DNA of 64,000 nt from Verrucomicrobiales bacterium (GCA_031411295.1 JANOAV010000083.1:1-64000); one strand, 5' to 3'; counted from the stretch's first letter, positions 18,322 through 27,568 are shown. The notes: generated from the letters alone by a model not told the origin. Program-made: numbers and translations.

Positions 18322-20628
18322 TTGAGGTATGAGAGGTTCAACCACATAGACACCACCCCGCCAAAACGGATCGCATTCCTTGGGGGCTTCGAGCCCAGAC
18401 GGTGCGGCATCGCCACTTTCACCCATGATGTATGTGAAGCGGTAGCCGCAGCTGCGCCCAGCTCGGAATGCATTGCGGGAGCGGTGAATGATCGCGCCGA
18501 AGGTTACAAGTATCCCGCGCGGGTCCATTTTGAACTTTTGGAAAAGGATCTGGATTCTTACCGTCGGGCGGCTGATTTTCTGAATTTCAACAACACGGAA
18601 GTGCTTTGTGTGCAGCACGAATTCGGGATCTATGGCGGGGCCGCAGGCAGCCACATTCTGGCATTGTTGAAGGAAGTCCGCATGCCGGTGGTGACCACCT
18701 TGCACACGGTGCTGAGCGATCCCAATCCGACCCAGCGCAAGGTGATGCAGGAACTGGTGCGGCGGAGTGATCGGGTGGTCGTCATGGCGCGCAAGGGGGC
18801 GGAAATTTTACGGGAGACCTATGGCGTGCACGAGTCCAAGGTGGACATCATTCCGCACGGGATTCACGATGTGCCATTTCAAGAGTCCAGTTTCTTCAAG
18901 GCTCAGTTTGGGGTGGAAGGACGCAGCGTGCTGCTCACCTTCGGTCTGCTGGGACCCGGCAAAGGGATTGAGCATGTCATCGAAGCCTTACCGGAAATTG
19001 TGCGGCAGCATCCCAATGTGGTTTATCTCGTGCTGGGAGCCACGCACCCGCATCTCGTGGCGCGGGAGGGTGAGCGCTATCGGCTTAGTTTGGAACGCTT
19101 GGCGGAAGAGCGCGGGGTGAAGGAACATGTGATTTTCTACAATCGATTTGTTTCGCTGGATGATTTGAAGGAATTCATTGGGGCGACGGATGTTTACATT
19201 ACGCCGTATCTCAACGAGGCGCAAATCACCTCTGGCACCCTGGCGTATGTCTTTGGCGCAGGGAAGGCAGTGGTTTCCACCCCTTACTGGCATGCGCAAG
19301 AGTTACTGGCGGACGGCCGAGGCGTGTTGGTGCCGTTTCGCGATCCTGCGGCCTTGGCGGCCGGTGTCTGCGGCCTGCTGGATGATCCGGCCCGTCTCGA
19401 GAAGATCCGACATCAGGCCTATGCCATGGGCCGGGAAATGATCTGGCCGGCGGTGGCACAACAATATCTGCAGTCCTTCCAACATGCTCGAGCGGATCGC
19501 AAAGCCACACCGCGCGCAGCCTTCGCAGAATGGACGCTGGCGAGCCGCCCCTACGAGCTGCCACCGTTGCGGTTGGATCACATCATTCGCATGAGCGATG
19601 GCACTAGCATCTTCCAGCACGCGATCTTCAATGTGCCGAATTTCCATGAGGGCTATTGCACGGACGACACCGCGCGCGCCTACATTCTCTGCAACTGGTT
19701 GGACGAGCTGGGCGGGCCACGACCTACGGAGAACTTGGATCGTCTGGCGACCACCTACTTGGCGTTCCTTGCCGCCGCTTTGGACTATAACAGCGGACGT
19801 TTCCGCAACTTCATGAGTCACAGTCGCCAGTGGTTGGAAAATGCTGGCAGTGAGGACAGCCACGCCCGGGCGCTGTGGGCGGTGGGAACGGGCGCTGGTC
19901 GATCTCGCAATGAAGGGCACCGCAAACTCTCGGCCCAACTCTTCGAACGCGGGCTCACGGAAGTGGCACTCTTTACCTCCCCACGTGCCTGGACTTTTAC
20001 CCTGTTGGGGATTCATGAATATTTGCGCTCTTTCCCTAATGAGCCCAAGGCCCACGCCATGCGCAAGGTGCTGACAGATAAGCTAGTGCAACTCTGGCAT
20101 GCCTGCGCGACGGATGATTGGCCGTGGTTTGAGCCTTGTGCCACCTATGACAACGCCCGTATCTGTCAGGCGCTGATCCTCAGTGGCCAATGGATGCCTC
20201 ATGCAGAAGCATTGGAGATCGGCCTCAAGTCCCTGCGCTGGCTGGCTTCCATTCAACGCACTCAAGCGGGTCACTTTCGTCCCATCGGCAGCAATGGATT
20301 TTACCAACGCGATGGTGCCCGGGCTGATTTTGATCAGCAACCCGTAGAGGCTCAGGCCATGGTCTCAGCTTGTCTCGAGGCTTTTCGCGCCACGCAGGAC
20401 GATGCCTGGACGCGCGAAGCCAAGCGCGCCTTCGAATGGTTTCTGGGGCGGAATGATCTCGGACTTCCACTCTATGATTCCACCACGGGTGGCTGCAGTG
20501 ACGGATTACATGCTGATCGTATTAACCATAATCAAGGCGCGGAATCGTCGCTGGCCTTCCATCTTTCCCTGGCAGAAATGAACTACGCCGAACATCCCAT
20601 TGCCGTCCACCCTAACTCTACGAAATGA
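18322..20628 (+). CDS. GT4 glycosyltransferase fused to a C-terminal alpha/alpha glycosidase-like domain
   Basis: PRRCGIATFT, QHEFGIYGG, FGLLGPGKG and SGTLAY...STPYWHAQEL. The C-terminal half has GYCTDD-AR, GRFRNF, FDQQP and NQGAES. Start codon uncertain. Confidence 0.88.
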   Translation: MRYERFNHIDTTPPKRIAFLGGFEPRRCGIATFTHDVCEAVAAAAPSSECIAGAVNDRAEGYKYPARVHFELLEKDLDSYRRAADFLNFNNTEVLCVQHEFGIYGGAAGSHILALLKEVRMPVVTTLHTVLSDPNPTQRKVMQELVRRSDRVVVMARKGAEILRETYGVHESKVDIIPHGIHDVPFQESSFFKAQFGVEGRSVLLTFGLLGPGKGIEHVIEALPEIVRQHPNVVYLVLGATHPHLVAREGERYRLSLERLAEERGVKEHVIFYNRFVSLDDLKEFIGATDVYITPYLNEAQITSGTLAYVFGAGKAVVSTPYWHAQELLADGRGVLVPFRDPAALAAGVCGLLDDPARLEKIRHQAYAMGREMIWPAVAQQYLQSFQHARADRKATPRAAFAEWTLASRPYELPPLRLDHIIRMSDGTSIFQHAIFNVPNFHEGYCTDDTARAYILCNWLDELGGPRPTENLDRLATTYLAFLAAALDYNSGRFRNFMSHSRQWLENAGSEDSHARALWAVGTGAGRSRNEGHRKLSAQLFERGLTEVALFTSPRAWTFTLLGIHEYLRSFPNEPKAHAMRKVLTDKLVQLWHACATDDWPWFEPCATYDNARICQALILSGQWMPHAEALEIGLKSLRWLASIQRTQAGHFRPIGSNGFYQRDGARADFDQQPVEAQAMVSACLEAFRATQDDAWTREAKRAFEWFLGRNDLGLPLYDSTTGGCSDGLHADRINHNQGAESSLAFHLSLAEMNYAEHPIAVHPNSTK

Positions 20629-22112
20629 TTTCCATCCGACTCCGCCGCCATGGGGTGACCTTCAAACCCGCCAGCGAGCGGGTCATTATTCGTCCATTTA
20701 TCCCGGCTCGCCCGCAACTGGTGGCGGACATCATTCGGCGCGCGTTGGCCTTGAGTGATGACGATGCCGCTGCGCAATTGGCAAATCTGCATGATGACTT
20801 CGCGAGCCGGCATTTCGATATCGAAGGCGCGCTGCTTAAACATTTTGATAAAGTTCGTCGCTTCATCGTCCCCGCCCAGCCGCTGTCCCGCGCGAGGCAG
20901 TTGCTGATCGGGGCTCTGTTTTCTGGAGAGTATGCGTTGGAATCTGCGGCTTTATTCAATCCATCCATCGTTCCGCATCCAGATCAAACTGGCCTTGCTG
21001 ACGGCTGCCTGCGCTTCATCATGAGTCTGCGTGCGACCGGAGAGGGACACATTTCCTCCATCGAGTTCCGCACGGGCACGCTCACCCCAGAAGGAGATGT
21101 GAAGGTGGATCCTGTATCGCGTTTTGTCACGGTTCCAGAAGTCGTGCCCAATCCTTCCTACCGCAAAGCGCGGTTCGTGCGCAAACTGCATGACATGGGA
21201 GTCGAGGATCACTATGCCCAAGGGGTGATGGAGCCGTTGGGAGAAAATTTTACCCTGGAGGAACTGGACCACAGCGTGCACCGGGTGCGGAAGCTCTCGC
21301 GACCCATCAGCCGACACCTGCGTCGGGCCACGGAATGCATTCGGTGGCTGGCGGACTCCAACTACGAGTTGCGCTTCTCTCCCCAACAAGCGCTCAGTGA
21401 GCGCATCATCTTCCCCGTCTCACCAAACGAGAGCAATGGCATCGAGGATGCCCGCTTCGTCAAATTCACCGATGACGATGGCACCGTGACCTACTGCGCC
21501 ACCTATACCGCCTACAATGGACGCGCCATCCTGCCGCAGTTCATCGAAACCCAGGACTTTTTGCATTTCCGAGTGCTAACGCTAAACGGCAATGGCGTGC
21601 AAAACAAAGGCATGGCGTTCTTTCCCCGTCGCATCAATGGCCAGTATGCCATGCTCTCACGGCAGGATGACGAAAATTTATTCATCATGCTCTCCAAGCA
21701 TCCCCATCACTGGAGTGACCCGCAATTACTGATGCGCCCGGTGGAAATGTGGGAATCCGTGAAGATCGGAAATTGCGGCTCCCCGCTCGAAACCGAAGCC
21801 GGTTGGCTGGTCATTACCCACGCCGTTGGTCCCATGCGGAAATACTGCATTGGCGCAGCGCTCTTGGATCTAAACGACCCTACCAAAGTGATCGGCCGAT
21901 TGCGGCATCCCCTTCTTTGCCCGGACTCCAGTGAGCGCGAGGGCTACGTCCCGAACGTCGTTTATAGCTGCGGCTCCATGATCCACGGCCGTAACCTCAT
22001 CCTTCCCTACGCCATGAGTGACACTGCTTCCGCAGTAGCCACCGTCTCGCTGGATGATTTACTAGCCGCCCTGCTCGATCCCTCTGGCAATGCCATAGCT
22101 CCAGGCTGTTAA
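20625..22112 (+). CDS. glycoside hydrolase family 130-like protein
   Basis: ALFNPS, GIEDARF, TYTAYNG, NKGMAFFP, KIGNCGSP and GYVPNVVYSCG. ATGA overlap with the GT4 gene. Confidence 0.87.
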   Translation: MISIRLRRHGVTFKPASERVIIRPFIPARPQLVADIIRRALALSDDDAAAQLANLHDDFASRHFDIEGALLKHFDKVRRFIVPAQPLSRARQLLIGALFSGEYALESAALFNPSIVPHPDQTGLADGCLRFIMSLRATGEGHISSIEFRTGTLTPEGDVKVDPVSRFVTVPEVVPNPSYRKARFVRKLHDMGVEDHYAQGVMEPLGENFTLEELDHSVHRVRKLSRPISRHLRRATECIRWLADSNYELRFSPQQALSERIIFPVSPNESNGIEDARFVKFTDDDGTVTYCATYTAYNGRAILPQFIETQDFLHFRVLTLNGNGVQNKGMAFFPRRINGQYAMLSRQDDENLFIMLSKHPHHWSDPQLLMRPVEMWESVKIGNCGSPLETEAGWLVITHAVGPMRKYCIGAALLDLNDPTKVIGRLRHPLLCPDSSEREGYVPNVVYSCGSMIHGRNLILPYAMSDTASAVATVSLDDLLAALLDPSGNAIAPGC

Positions 22113-22212
22113 GGCAGCCGTGGAGGGCGAGGTAACGAGACCAGCATCACGCAAGTGAACTTCACGTCGCGTGTTCCTGGTCTCCTAACCTCGCCCTCCA
22201 CAAGGTGGTGGC

Positions 22213-22434
22213 CTAAACTTTCTTCCCGCCGACAACCAGCAGGGCAATGCCGCCAATGAGGGCAATGCCTCCAACAACCGGAGGCAATGGAAACGTGTGT
22301 TCCCGCTCGGTGTTGATTTGGATGGGACCCAGATCGACCGCTTTCTCCGTGGTGGTGTAGCTAAAGCCTTGGTAGGCGAAGGCAATGACGCCCAGGACGA
22401 TCAGGAGGATACCGACGATGGATTGTGTTCTCAT
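22213..22434 (-). CDS. DUF3185-like small membrane protein
   Basis: Two TM helices around YTTTEKAVDLGPIQI...PLPPVVGG. Confidence 0.8.
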   Translation of the reverse strand: MRTQSIVGILLIVLGVIAFAYQGFSYTTTEKAVDLGPIQINTEREHTFPLPPVVGGIALIGGIALLVVGGKKV

Positions 22435-22454
22435 AAGTTTTGTTGTGCGTTAGG

Positions 22455-23474
22455 TTAAAATGTCCAATTGAAAGAAACAGTGCCAAAAATTTGCGCGTCT
22501 TGTTGATCGCGAAATTCCTTGGTGCGATAGACTAGCGCATACGCCAGTTTGGTATTCTTGATGTTGATGGCCACGCCCACGCTGAGGTCAGCCACGAAGA
22601 TGTTGTGCCCCACGGATTGGCTGTCGCCAAAGGTGTTGCCATCCAAGAAAATATTATGTCCGACCGCACGACCATCGACCCGCGCGAAGGCATATAAGCC
22701 AAGATCGAACCAACTGCGATCCGCCCCCATTCTCCCATCCACGGGAGTGGAAGTGGTGGCCGCAGTGCCGATGGACGCGGTGCCGAAATCATCCGGCAAA
22801 TTCAGCCCGGCCCGCAACTCTGCCCCGGCATTGGCGTAAGTGTAAACATTGCCGAGAGCCGCACCAGCATGAGGTAGCAACTCCCAATCCAACCCGCTGC
22901 GACGTTCGTGCTTGGGCCAGCGCCACATGCGTTCATAGACCAGGCTAACGCCCAATTCATTATGCAGTTGATTGTCCCAGCCGTTGGGATGATCCAGCCC
23001 GCGCAGATCATGAATCAAGCGCTGCGCCTCCTGGCCGTAGGACCACGGCCCCACGACGCCGATGTCCAGCACCAGGGTGTTGCGCACTTCCGCATTCTTC
23101 CAGACCACGCCCGTGCCCAGATAGAGCCAGCCCGCGTAAGGGCGGTCATTTTTAATCAAGGAGGTGGTCTCCGTATTGTCAGGGGTGTAAATATTTTGCC
23201 CCAACGCTAGCACGAGATTTTTTTGATATCCCGTTTCATTGATGTAAGGCAACAGATCAAACAGGGGCAGCAACGGACTGGCATACGGCGTATCGCTGTA
23301 TTTTTCCAAGTCCGGGGAACTCCAGCTGAGTTTCACTCCGCTGGTGTAGTAACGATCCGTCCCAGCGAACAAATCGTTCTCCATGTAAATGCTGAAAGTG
23401 CCGCCGGCTTCATCCTTGCCAGCGGCAGTTAGGAGAGTCGGCAGGAGGAGTAATAAACAGAGTGAGTGCTTCAT
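22455..23474 (-). CDS. lipid A 3-O-deacylase LpxR family (DUF2219) outer-membrane protein
   Basis: Signal peptide, ENDLF-GTDRYYTSG, GQNIYTP, DRPYAGWLY, GWDNQL, NIFLDGN and a terminal F. Confidence 0.88.
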   Translation of the reverse strand: MKHSLCLLLLLPTLLTAAGKDEAGGTFSIYMENDLFAGTDRYYTSGVKLSWSSPDLEKYSDTPYASPLLPLFDLLPYINETGYQKNLVLALGQNIYTPDNTETTSLIKNDRPYAGWLYLGTGVVWKNAEVRNTLVLDIGVVGPWSYGQEAQRLIHDLRGLDHPNGWDNQLHNELGVSLVYERMWRWPKHERRSGLDWELLPHAGAALGNVYTYANAGAELRAGLNLPDDFGTASIGTAATTSTPVDGRMGADRSWFDLGLYAFARVDGRAVGHNIFLDGNTFGDSQSVGHNIFVADLSVGVAINIKNTKLAYALVYRTKEFRDQQDAQIFGTVSFNWTF

Positions 23475-25039
23475 AGAGTGGTGTTATCTTTTTTCTTGCC
23501 TTTGCCCTTACGCTGATCGTTTTCCTCATCCGAGGTATCGGGCTTCTTGGGTCCTTGCGAGGGCTTGGCTTCGGGTTGCTGTGGTTCGCGTTTTGGTCCG
23601 CTCTGTGGTTCGCGTTTTGGTCCGCTCTGTGGTTCGCGTTTTGGTTCGCTCTGTGGTTCGCGTTTTGGTTCGCTCTGTGGTTCGCGTTTTGGTTCGCTCT
23701 TGGGCTCGCGCTGGGGCGGTTTGGCCTCGGGAGGTCTTTGTTTAGGCCGGGGATCAGCTTGCGGCTTCTCTGATTTAGGCTGGCGCACCTCCGGTTCACG
23801 CCGTGGTTCCACGCGCTCTGCTTTAGGTTCTGCGGGGCGCGGCTTGCGAATCTCGGGCTCGGGTGGACGGTCGTTGCTGTGGGGACGTGCAGGTTCGGAT
23901 GGGTCCTTATTCTCCCTTGGCTTTGCTTTATCTGAATCCGGTCCAGGTGGGCGCTCGGACTTCTTCGGCTTTTCTTCAGGCGTCACGGGTGGATGATCCC
24001 GCACCCCGGGTGGTTGCTCTTGGTTCGGCTTGATTTTGGAAGGCCCCTCGTTTTTGGCATCGCGAGGATCGTTCTTAGGCTTGGAATTTTCCACAGGGTT
24101 AGGAAATTTTGGTGGCCGTGGCAGATCCTCCGGCGGCTTGACTTTGCTGCGCATGGCCTTCCGGAGTTCGTCCACTTCAGGCTCGGAGCCGGCGTGCTGC
24201 CAGCCGCGATTCACTTGGGGTCGCTCCAATTTGACTCCTGTGTTACGTGGACCTTCCTTACCATGCTCTTTAAACGACGGGGCAAACAGGCTGAACGAAT
24301 CATCTGAAACTCTGGATCTCCCATGTTCCTCGCGCCAGTTCCGGGGATCCTCTTCAAACCGTTGCCGACGCTCCAATTTGTAGTGAGCAATGGGGTTGCG
24401 ACTTACCTTGGCTAGGGATTCATACCGGGGGCCGTCGTTGTGGATCAGGTTGTTCTCATAGTAAATATTGGTGATATTTGTCGTCTCGCGAATGATGGTC
24501 AGATTCTGGCGCGCATCAATAAAGACCGATCGCAATCTGCGCGCACCAAAGTCACGCGCGGTCACGAAACAGTAGTTTCGGGGGCCGATGTCGTAGTAGT
24601 CGTCCACCCAGCCCCGGAAACCAGTCTCATGACGGAAGTGGGCTTCTGGTGGCAGGGGCGCCCAGCCGATGTAATCCGAGTTGTGGCGCCAGGAAACCCA
24701 GCCGGGACTCCATTCCATGCCGGGGATCCAGATCCATCCCATGTCATCCACGTTCGCCCAGCGCCCGTAATGATAGACGGCCCAGCCGAACGCTTCGTCG
24801 GAATCCCACGTCCAGCCAGCATCTGTGTAAACCCAGCGACCTTCGCTAAATGGCCGCCAATCGGCGTCCACTTCACGCGGTTGCCAGCAATAGCCATACG
24901 AGCCGACCTCACGCCAGGTCCCGTAGGGTTGCAGGTTGTCATAGAAGAAATCCATCGAGACGGATTCCTGTGCCACGGCCTTAGGCGTGGGGGCGATCAC
25001 CAGCAGGAGGATCACCAGTAGATTGAGCAGCAGTTTCAT
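23471..25039 (-). CDS. DUF6600-type Trp-rich secreted protein with Pro/charged tail
   Basis: Signal peptide, L-PYG-W, WRPF-EGRWV, GWAVYHYGRW, WSPGWVSW and GWAPLPP, then a long low-complexity C-terminus. Confidence 0.85.
   Translation of the reverse strand: MKLLLNLLVILLLVIAPTPKAVAQESVSMDFFYDNLQPYGTWREVGSYGYCWQPREVDADWRPFSEGRWVYTDAGWTWDSDEAFGWAVYHYGRWANVDDMGWIWIPGMEWSPGWVSWRHNSDYIGWAPLPPEAHFRHETGFRGWVDDYYDIGPRNYCFVTARDFGARRLRSVFIDARQNLTIIRETTNITNIYYENNLIHNDGPRYESLAKVSRNPIAHYKLERRQRFEEDPRNWREEHGRSRVSDDSFSLFAPSFKEHGKEGPRNTGVKLERPQVNRGWQHAGSEPEVDELRKAMRSKVKPPEDLPRPPKFPNPVENSKPKNDPRDAKNEGPSKIKPNQEQPPGVRDHPPVTPEEKPKKSERPPGPDSDKAKPRENKDPSEPARPHSNDRPPEPEIRKPRPAEPKAERVEPRREPEVRQPKSEKPQADPRPKQRPPEAKPPQREPKSEPKREPQSEPKREPQSEPKREPQSGPKREPQSGPKREPQQPEAKPSQGPKKPDTSDEENDQRKGKGKKKDNTTL
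23579..23698. repeat. five tandem 24-bp units encoding (E/G)PKREPQS
   Basis: CTGTGGTTCGCGTTTTGGT(C/T)CGCT repeated five times within the DUF6600 gene. Confidence 0.95.
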
Positions 25040-25063
25040 GGGAGCAAGGATTTGGGAAATAAG

Positions 25064-25213
25064 CTAGAGAATCCTGCGGCCTTGAATCAGACGAACTAGC
25101 AAAAGTATGACGGCAATCACGAGTAACACATGAATGAAGCCACCCATGGTGGCACTGGTCACGAGGCCAAGGAGCCAGAGAACGATCAAAATAACAGCGA
25201 CGGTGTATAACAT
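25064..25213 (-). CDS. lmo0937/DUF5670-family small membrane protein (49 aa, missing from the ORF track)
   Basis: Manual translation MLYTVAVILIVLWLLGLVTSATMGGFIHVLLVIAVILLLVRLIQGRRIL. Confidence 0.88.
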   Translation of the reverse strand: MLYTVAVILIVLWLLGLVTSATMGGFIHVLLVIAVILLLVRLIQGRRIL

Positions 25214-25258
25214 AAGTCGGATGAGTCTGGGGATTTTAAATGCTCAGGTGGGAAGTGG

Positions 25259-25306
25259 TTGGGAGGGCGCCATCGCCTGAATTTCAGCGCGGTAACGCTC
25301 TCCCAA
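25259..25306. terminator. intergenic stem-loop
   Basis: TTGGGAGGGCG ... CGCTCTCCCAA arms between the entericidin and lmo0937-like genes. Confidence 0.45.
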
Positions 25307-25319
25307 GCATTGCTGCCGA

Positions 25320-25469
25320 TTACCTGGTAGCCGCATTTTCGATTCGATCTCCGACTCGCTCGACGTCACGGCCGACGCCGCGGACCGTGTTGCGACAGCT
25401 GCTGGTGCCCATACTCCAGATGGTGGAAACGAGAAGCAGGAGGGCGATGCGTTTGATTGGTGTTTTCAT
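25320..25469 (-). CDS. entericidin EcnA/B-family lipoprotein (49 aa, missing from the ORF track)
   Basis: Manual translation MKTPIKRIALLLLVSTIWSMGTSSCRNTVRGVGRDVERVGDRIENAATR, with a lipobox Cys and the NTxxGxGxD signature. Confidence 0.85.
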   Translation of the reverse strand: MKTPIKRIALLLLVSTIWSMGTSSCRNTVRGVGRDVERVGDRIENAATR

Positions 25470-25502
25470 GATTTTAATGTTAGATTTGCAGAGTGGGTGA
25501 AT

Positions 25503-25703
25503 TTACGCTTCCAGGGCTTCCAAGGCATTGATCGCATCGATCACCGCTTCCCGGGTTTGCCCGGTGCGTTTTTCAATTCGGCCGACCAGTTCATCTTGTT
25601 GGCCTTCCAGATATTGCAGATCGTCGTCAGTGAGTTGCGCCCACTTCTGTTTGAGTTTCCCTTTAAGGATGTTCCAGTCGCCTTTGATTTCTAGTGTTGT
25701 CAT
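25503..25703 (-). CDS. csbD: CsbD-family general stress protein
   Basis: MTTLEIKGDWNILKGKLKQKWAQLTDDDL...GRIEKRTG. Confidence 0.92.
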   Translation of the reverse strand: MTTLEIKGDWNILKGKLKQKWAQLTDDDLQYLEGQQDELVGRIEKRTGQTREAVIDAINALEALEA

Positions 25704-25738
25704 AGGACCCACTATCGCTGTGGCATGGAAGGATCACC

Positions 25739-25755
25739 ATGGGGTGTAACCCTAC
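25739..25755 (-). promoter_or_regulatory. 17-bp regulon box 1
   Basis: GTAGGGTTACACCCCAT, N22, GATAGT (25711-25716), N7, then the csbD ATG. Confidence 0.85.
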
Positions 25756-25778
25756 TTCGAGTTGCTATTGAGAACGCC

Positions 25779-25811
25779 AAAGGCGGCCCAACCTGCATTG
25801 GACCGCCTTTT
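25779..25811. terminator. rho-independent terminator-like hairpin
   Basis: AAAGGCGGCCCAA-loop-TTGGACCGCCTTTT just after the 25833 stop codon. Confidence 0.6.
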
Positions 25812-25832
25812 CGGGAAATGCAAACCATGCTC

Positions 25833-26009
25833 CTAGTTGGATCGCGTGGTCTGCGTTTCCACAGTGGTGGAAAAGGGACGATTTACCGTCGTTTGTTCGC
25901 TTGTCGTGGTGCTGGTGTGCGTCGGAGGCGCTTTTTGCTCCACGGTGGTGCAGCTTGAAGTGGAGCAAATACTGACAACGGCTAAGAGAGATAGAATTAA
26001 GTGTTTCAT
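25833..26009 (-). CDS. small Thr-rich lipoprotein (58 aa, missing from the ORF track)
   Basis: Manual translation MKHLILSLLAVVSICSTSSCTTVEQKAPPTHTSTTTSEQTTVNRPFSTTVETQTTRSN. It has its own promoter and a downstream hairpin. Confidence 0.8.
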   Translation of the reverse strand: MKHLILSLLAVVSICSTSSCTTVEQKAPPTHTSTTTSEQTTVNRPFSTTVETQTTRSN

Positions 26010-26045
26010 AGATTGGCATTATAGTGTAACCACCAGCAATCAACC

Positions 26046-26062
26046 ATGGGGTGTAACCCCAC
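26046..26062 (-). promoter_or_regulatory. 17-bp regulon box 2
   Basis: GTGGGGTTACACCCCAT, N22, perfect TATAAT (26018-26023), N8, ATG. Confidence 0.88.
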
Positions 26063-26066
26063 CACG

Positions 26067-27194
26067 CTAAGTCTTCTCCCCGAAGGCCTTGTCTTTCTGC
26101 AGTTCATGCTTCTCAGACACCCCTTCACCGAGGTAATGTTTGAGCCAGATGCGCTCGATGACAGCATACGAGGCCACCACCGGCAGTGCTGCGATGGCCC
26201 CGGGAATGCCCGCCAGAATGGTTCCCACCAGCAAGCCCAGCAGGACCGAGAGTGGGGAGAGGCGGAGACTCTTACCATAAACCCGCGGCACAATGAAATA
26301 ATTCTCGATGGCTGCATACATCAAATAAAGTGCTGCCACCAGCAAGGCGGTGCGGACAGACACCGTTAGGGCCGAAAGGACCGCCGGGGCAGTGAGCAGG
26401 AAGAATCCCAGCATGGGGAGAATATCCAAGAGGGCCGCCACGATGGCGAGCATGAGCGCGGCTGGCACGTGCAACAAAGTCAGCACGGTAAAGGTGTAAA
26501 GCAATACCAACCCGGAGGTGATGGCTTGACCCACCACATAGCCGAAGATCACCTGTGATGTCTCCTCTGCGGTGTGATACATTTTCCGCCGCGTGAATGG
26601 CGGAAAGAACGCCAGCAGCCAGCGATACGTTTTGCCCCCATCAATCACCAAATAGAGCGCGATCATTAAGAGCAACACCAGTTGGGAGATGCCAGTAAAA
26701 GCCATGCTGCCCATGGTGAGGAATTTACCGGACCACGCACTCAGATCGGTTGGCCCGGAGTTGTCGAACATGGCTTCAAGCGCGTGGCGAACCTGACTCT
26801 CTTTGGAGAATCGCCCCAGTAGTTCTGCGCGCAGAGTTGGCAACCGTTCGCTCAACGCACCCAATTGTTCCGCCAAGGCTGGCAGCACGATGGCCACCCC
26901 AAGCCCAATGATAGTGAGCAAACTTCCGATTACGATAAATAGACTCATCCGGTGTGAGAGTCTGTGCGCCATCAGCCACGCCACCATGGAGTGCAGGGTT
27001 ACCGCCAGGAGAATCGCCAGCGTTACGAGTAGCAGGAGGGGCCAAAGTTTGTAAACCGCCATCCCCATCAGGATCGCAGCGAATACTTTAACGAACGTCG
27101 CCAGCGGGACGTGAAACTCGACTCTGGTCGGCGGCACTTCAGCAGCCTCCACCGCAGGATCGGCGGGGACATTATTGGAAGCTGCTGGGTCCAT
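26067..27194 (-). CDS. AI-2E family transporter
   Basis: Multi-TM protein with GYVVGQ, IENYFIVPRVYG, LSPL and GIPGAIAALPV motifs. Confidence 0.9.
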   Translation of the reverse strand: MDPAASNNVPADPAVEAAEVPPTRVEFHVPLATFVKVFAAILMGMAVYKLWPLLLLVTLAILLAVTLHSMVAWLMAHRLSHRMSLFIVIGSLLTIIGLGVAIVLPALAEQLGALSERLPTLRAELLGRFSKESQVRHALEAMFDNSGPTDLSAWSGKFLTMGSMAFTGISQLVLLLMIALYLVIDGGKTYRWLLAFFPPFTRRKMYHTAEETSQVIFGYVVGQAITSGLVLLYTFTVLTLLHVPAALMLAIVAALLDILPMLGFFLLTAPAVLSALTVSVRTALLVAALYLMYAAIENYFIVPRVYGKSLRLSPLSVLLGLLVGTILAGIPGAIAALPVVASYAVIERIWLKHYLGEGVSEKHELQKDKAFGEKT

Positions 27195-27197
27195 AGG

Positions 27198-27476
27198 CTA
27201 GGACTCAGGCGGTTGCTGCGGTGCCGGCGGAAAGCACATTTCCATGGCCTTGGTCACGGCTAGCGACAAGATGGCTGGACGCACCAAGGCGGCTCCCACG
27301 ACGCTGCCAGTGGTCACTAACCAACGGTTGGGCAGGAGTTTGAGCAACAACCCCACCGTGGCCACAGCTGCGATCGCGGTCAGCGGCTCCCGATGGGCAA
27401 AGTCTTTCATTTCGTCCCAAACTCCGCGCACGGAGAAATTGAGTGGTGCGGTTGCCGGTGGTGATTGCTCATTCAT
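27198..27476 (-). CDS. small hypothetical membrane-associated protein
   Basis: Start placed at the ATG at 27476 (MNEQSPPA...KDFAHREPLTAIAAVATVGLLL), 7 nt after the -10 of box 3. Confidence 0.7.
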   Translation of the reverse strand: MNEQSPPATAPLNFSVRGVWDEMKDFAHREPLTAIAAVATVGLLLKLLPNRWLVTTGSVVGAALVRPAILSLAVTKAMEMCFPPAPQQPPES

Positions 27477-27511
27477 AGATGGCAACCTAGACGTTCGTCG
27501 CGTGATGCGCC

Positions 27512-27528
27512 ATGGGGTGAAACCCGAC
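27512..27528 (-). promoter_or_regulatory. 17-bp regulon box 3
   Basis: GTCGGGTTTCACCCCAT, N22, TAGGTT (27484-27489), N7, ATG. Confidence 0.85.
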
Positions 27529-27551
27529 CACGCCCGGTGGGGTTGGTCCGT

Positions 27552-27568
27552 ATGGGGTCTTTCCCTAC
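27552..27568 (-). promoter_or_regulatory. 17-bp regulon box 4 (auxiliary or divergent site)
   Basis: GTAGGGAAAGACCCCAT, 40 bp from box 3 in the divergent region before the ABC gene. No -10 at N22. Confidence 0.65.

Noticed and set aside
20650..20666. Box-like ATGGGGTGACC inside the GH130 gene
   Set aside because: It is within coding sequence and only one half matches.
23579..23698. Possible CRISPR array
   Set aside because: The units abut with no unique spacers, lie in frame within a CDS, and no cas genes are present.
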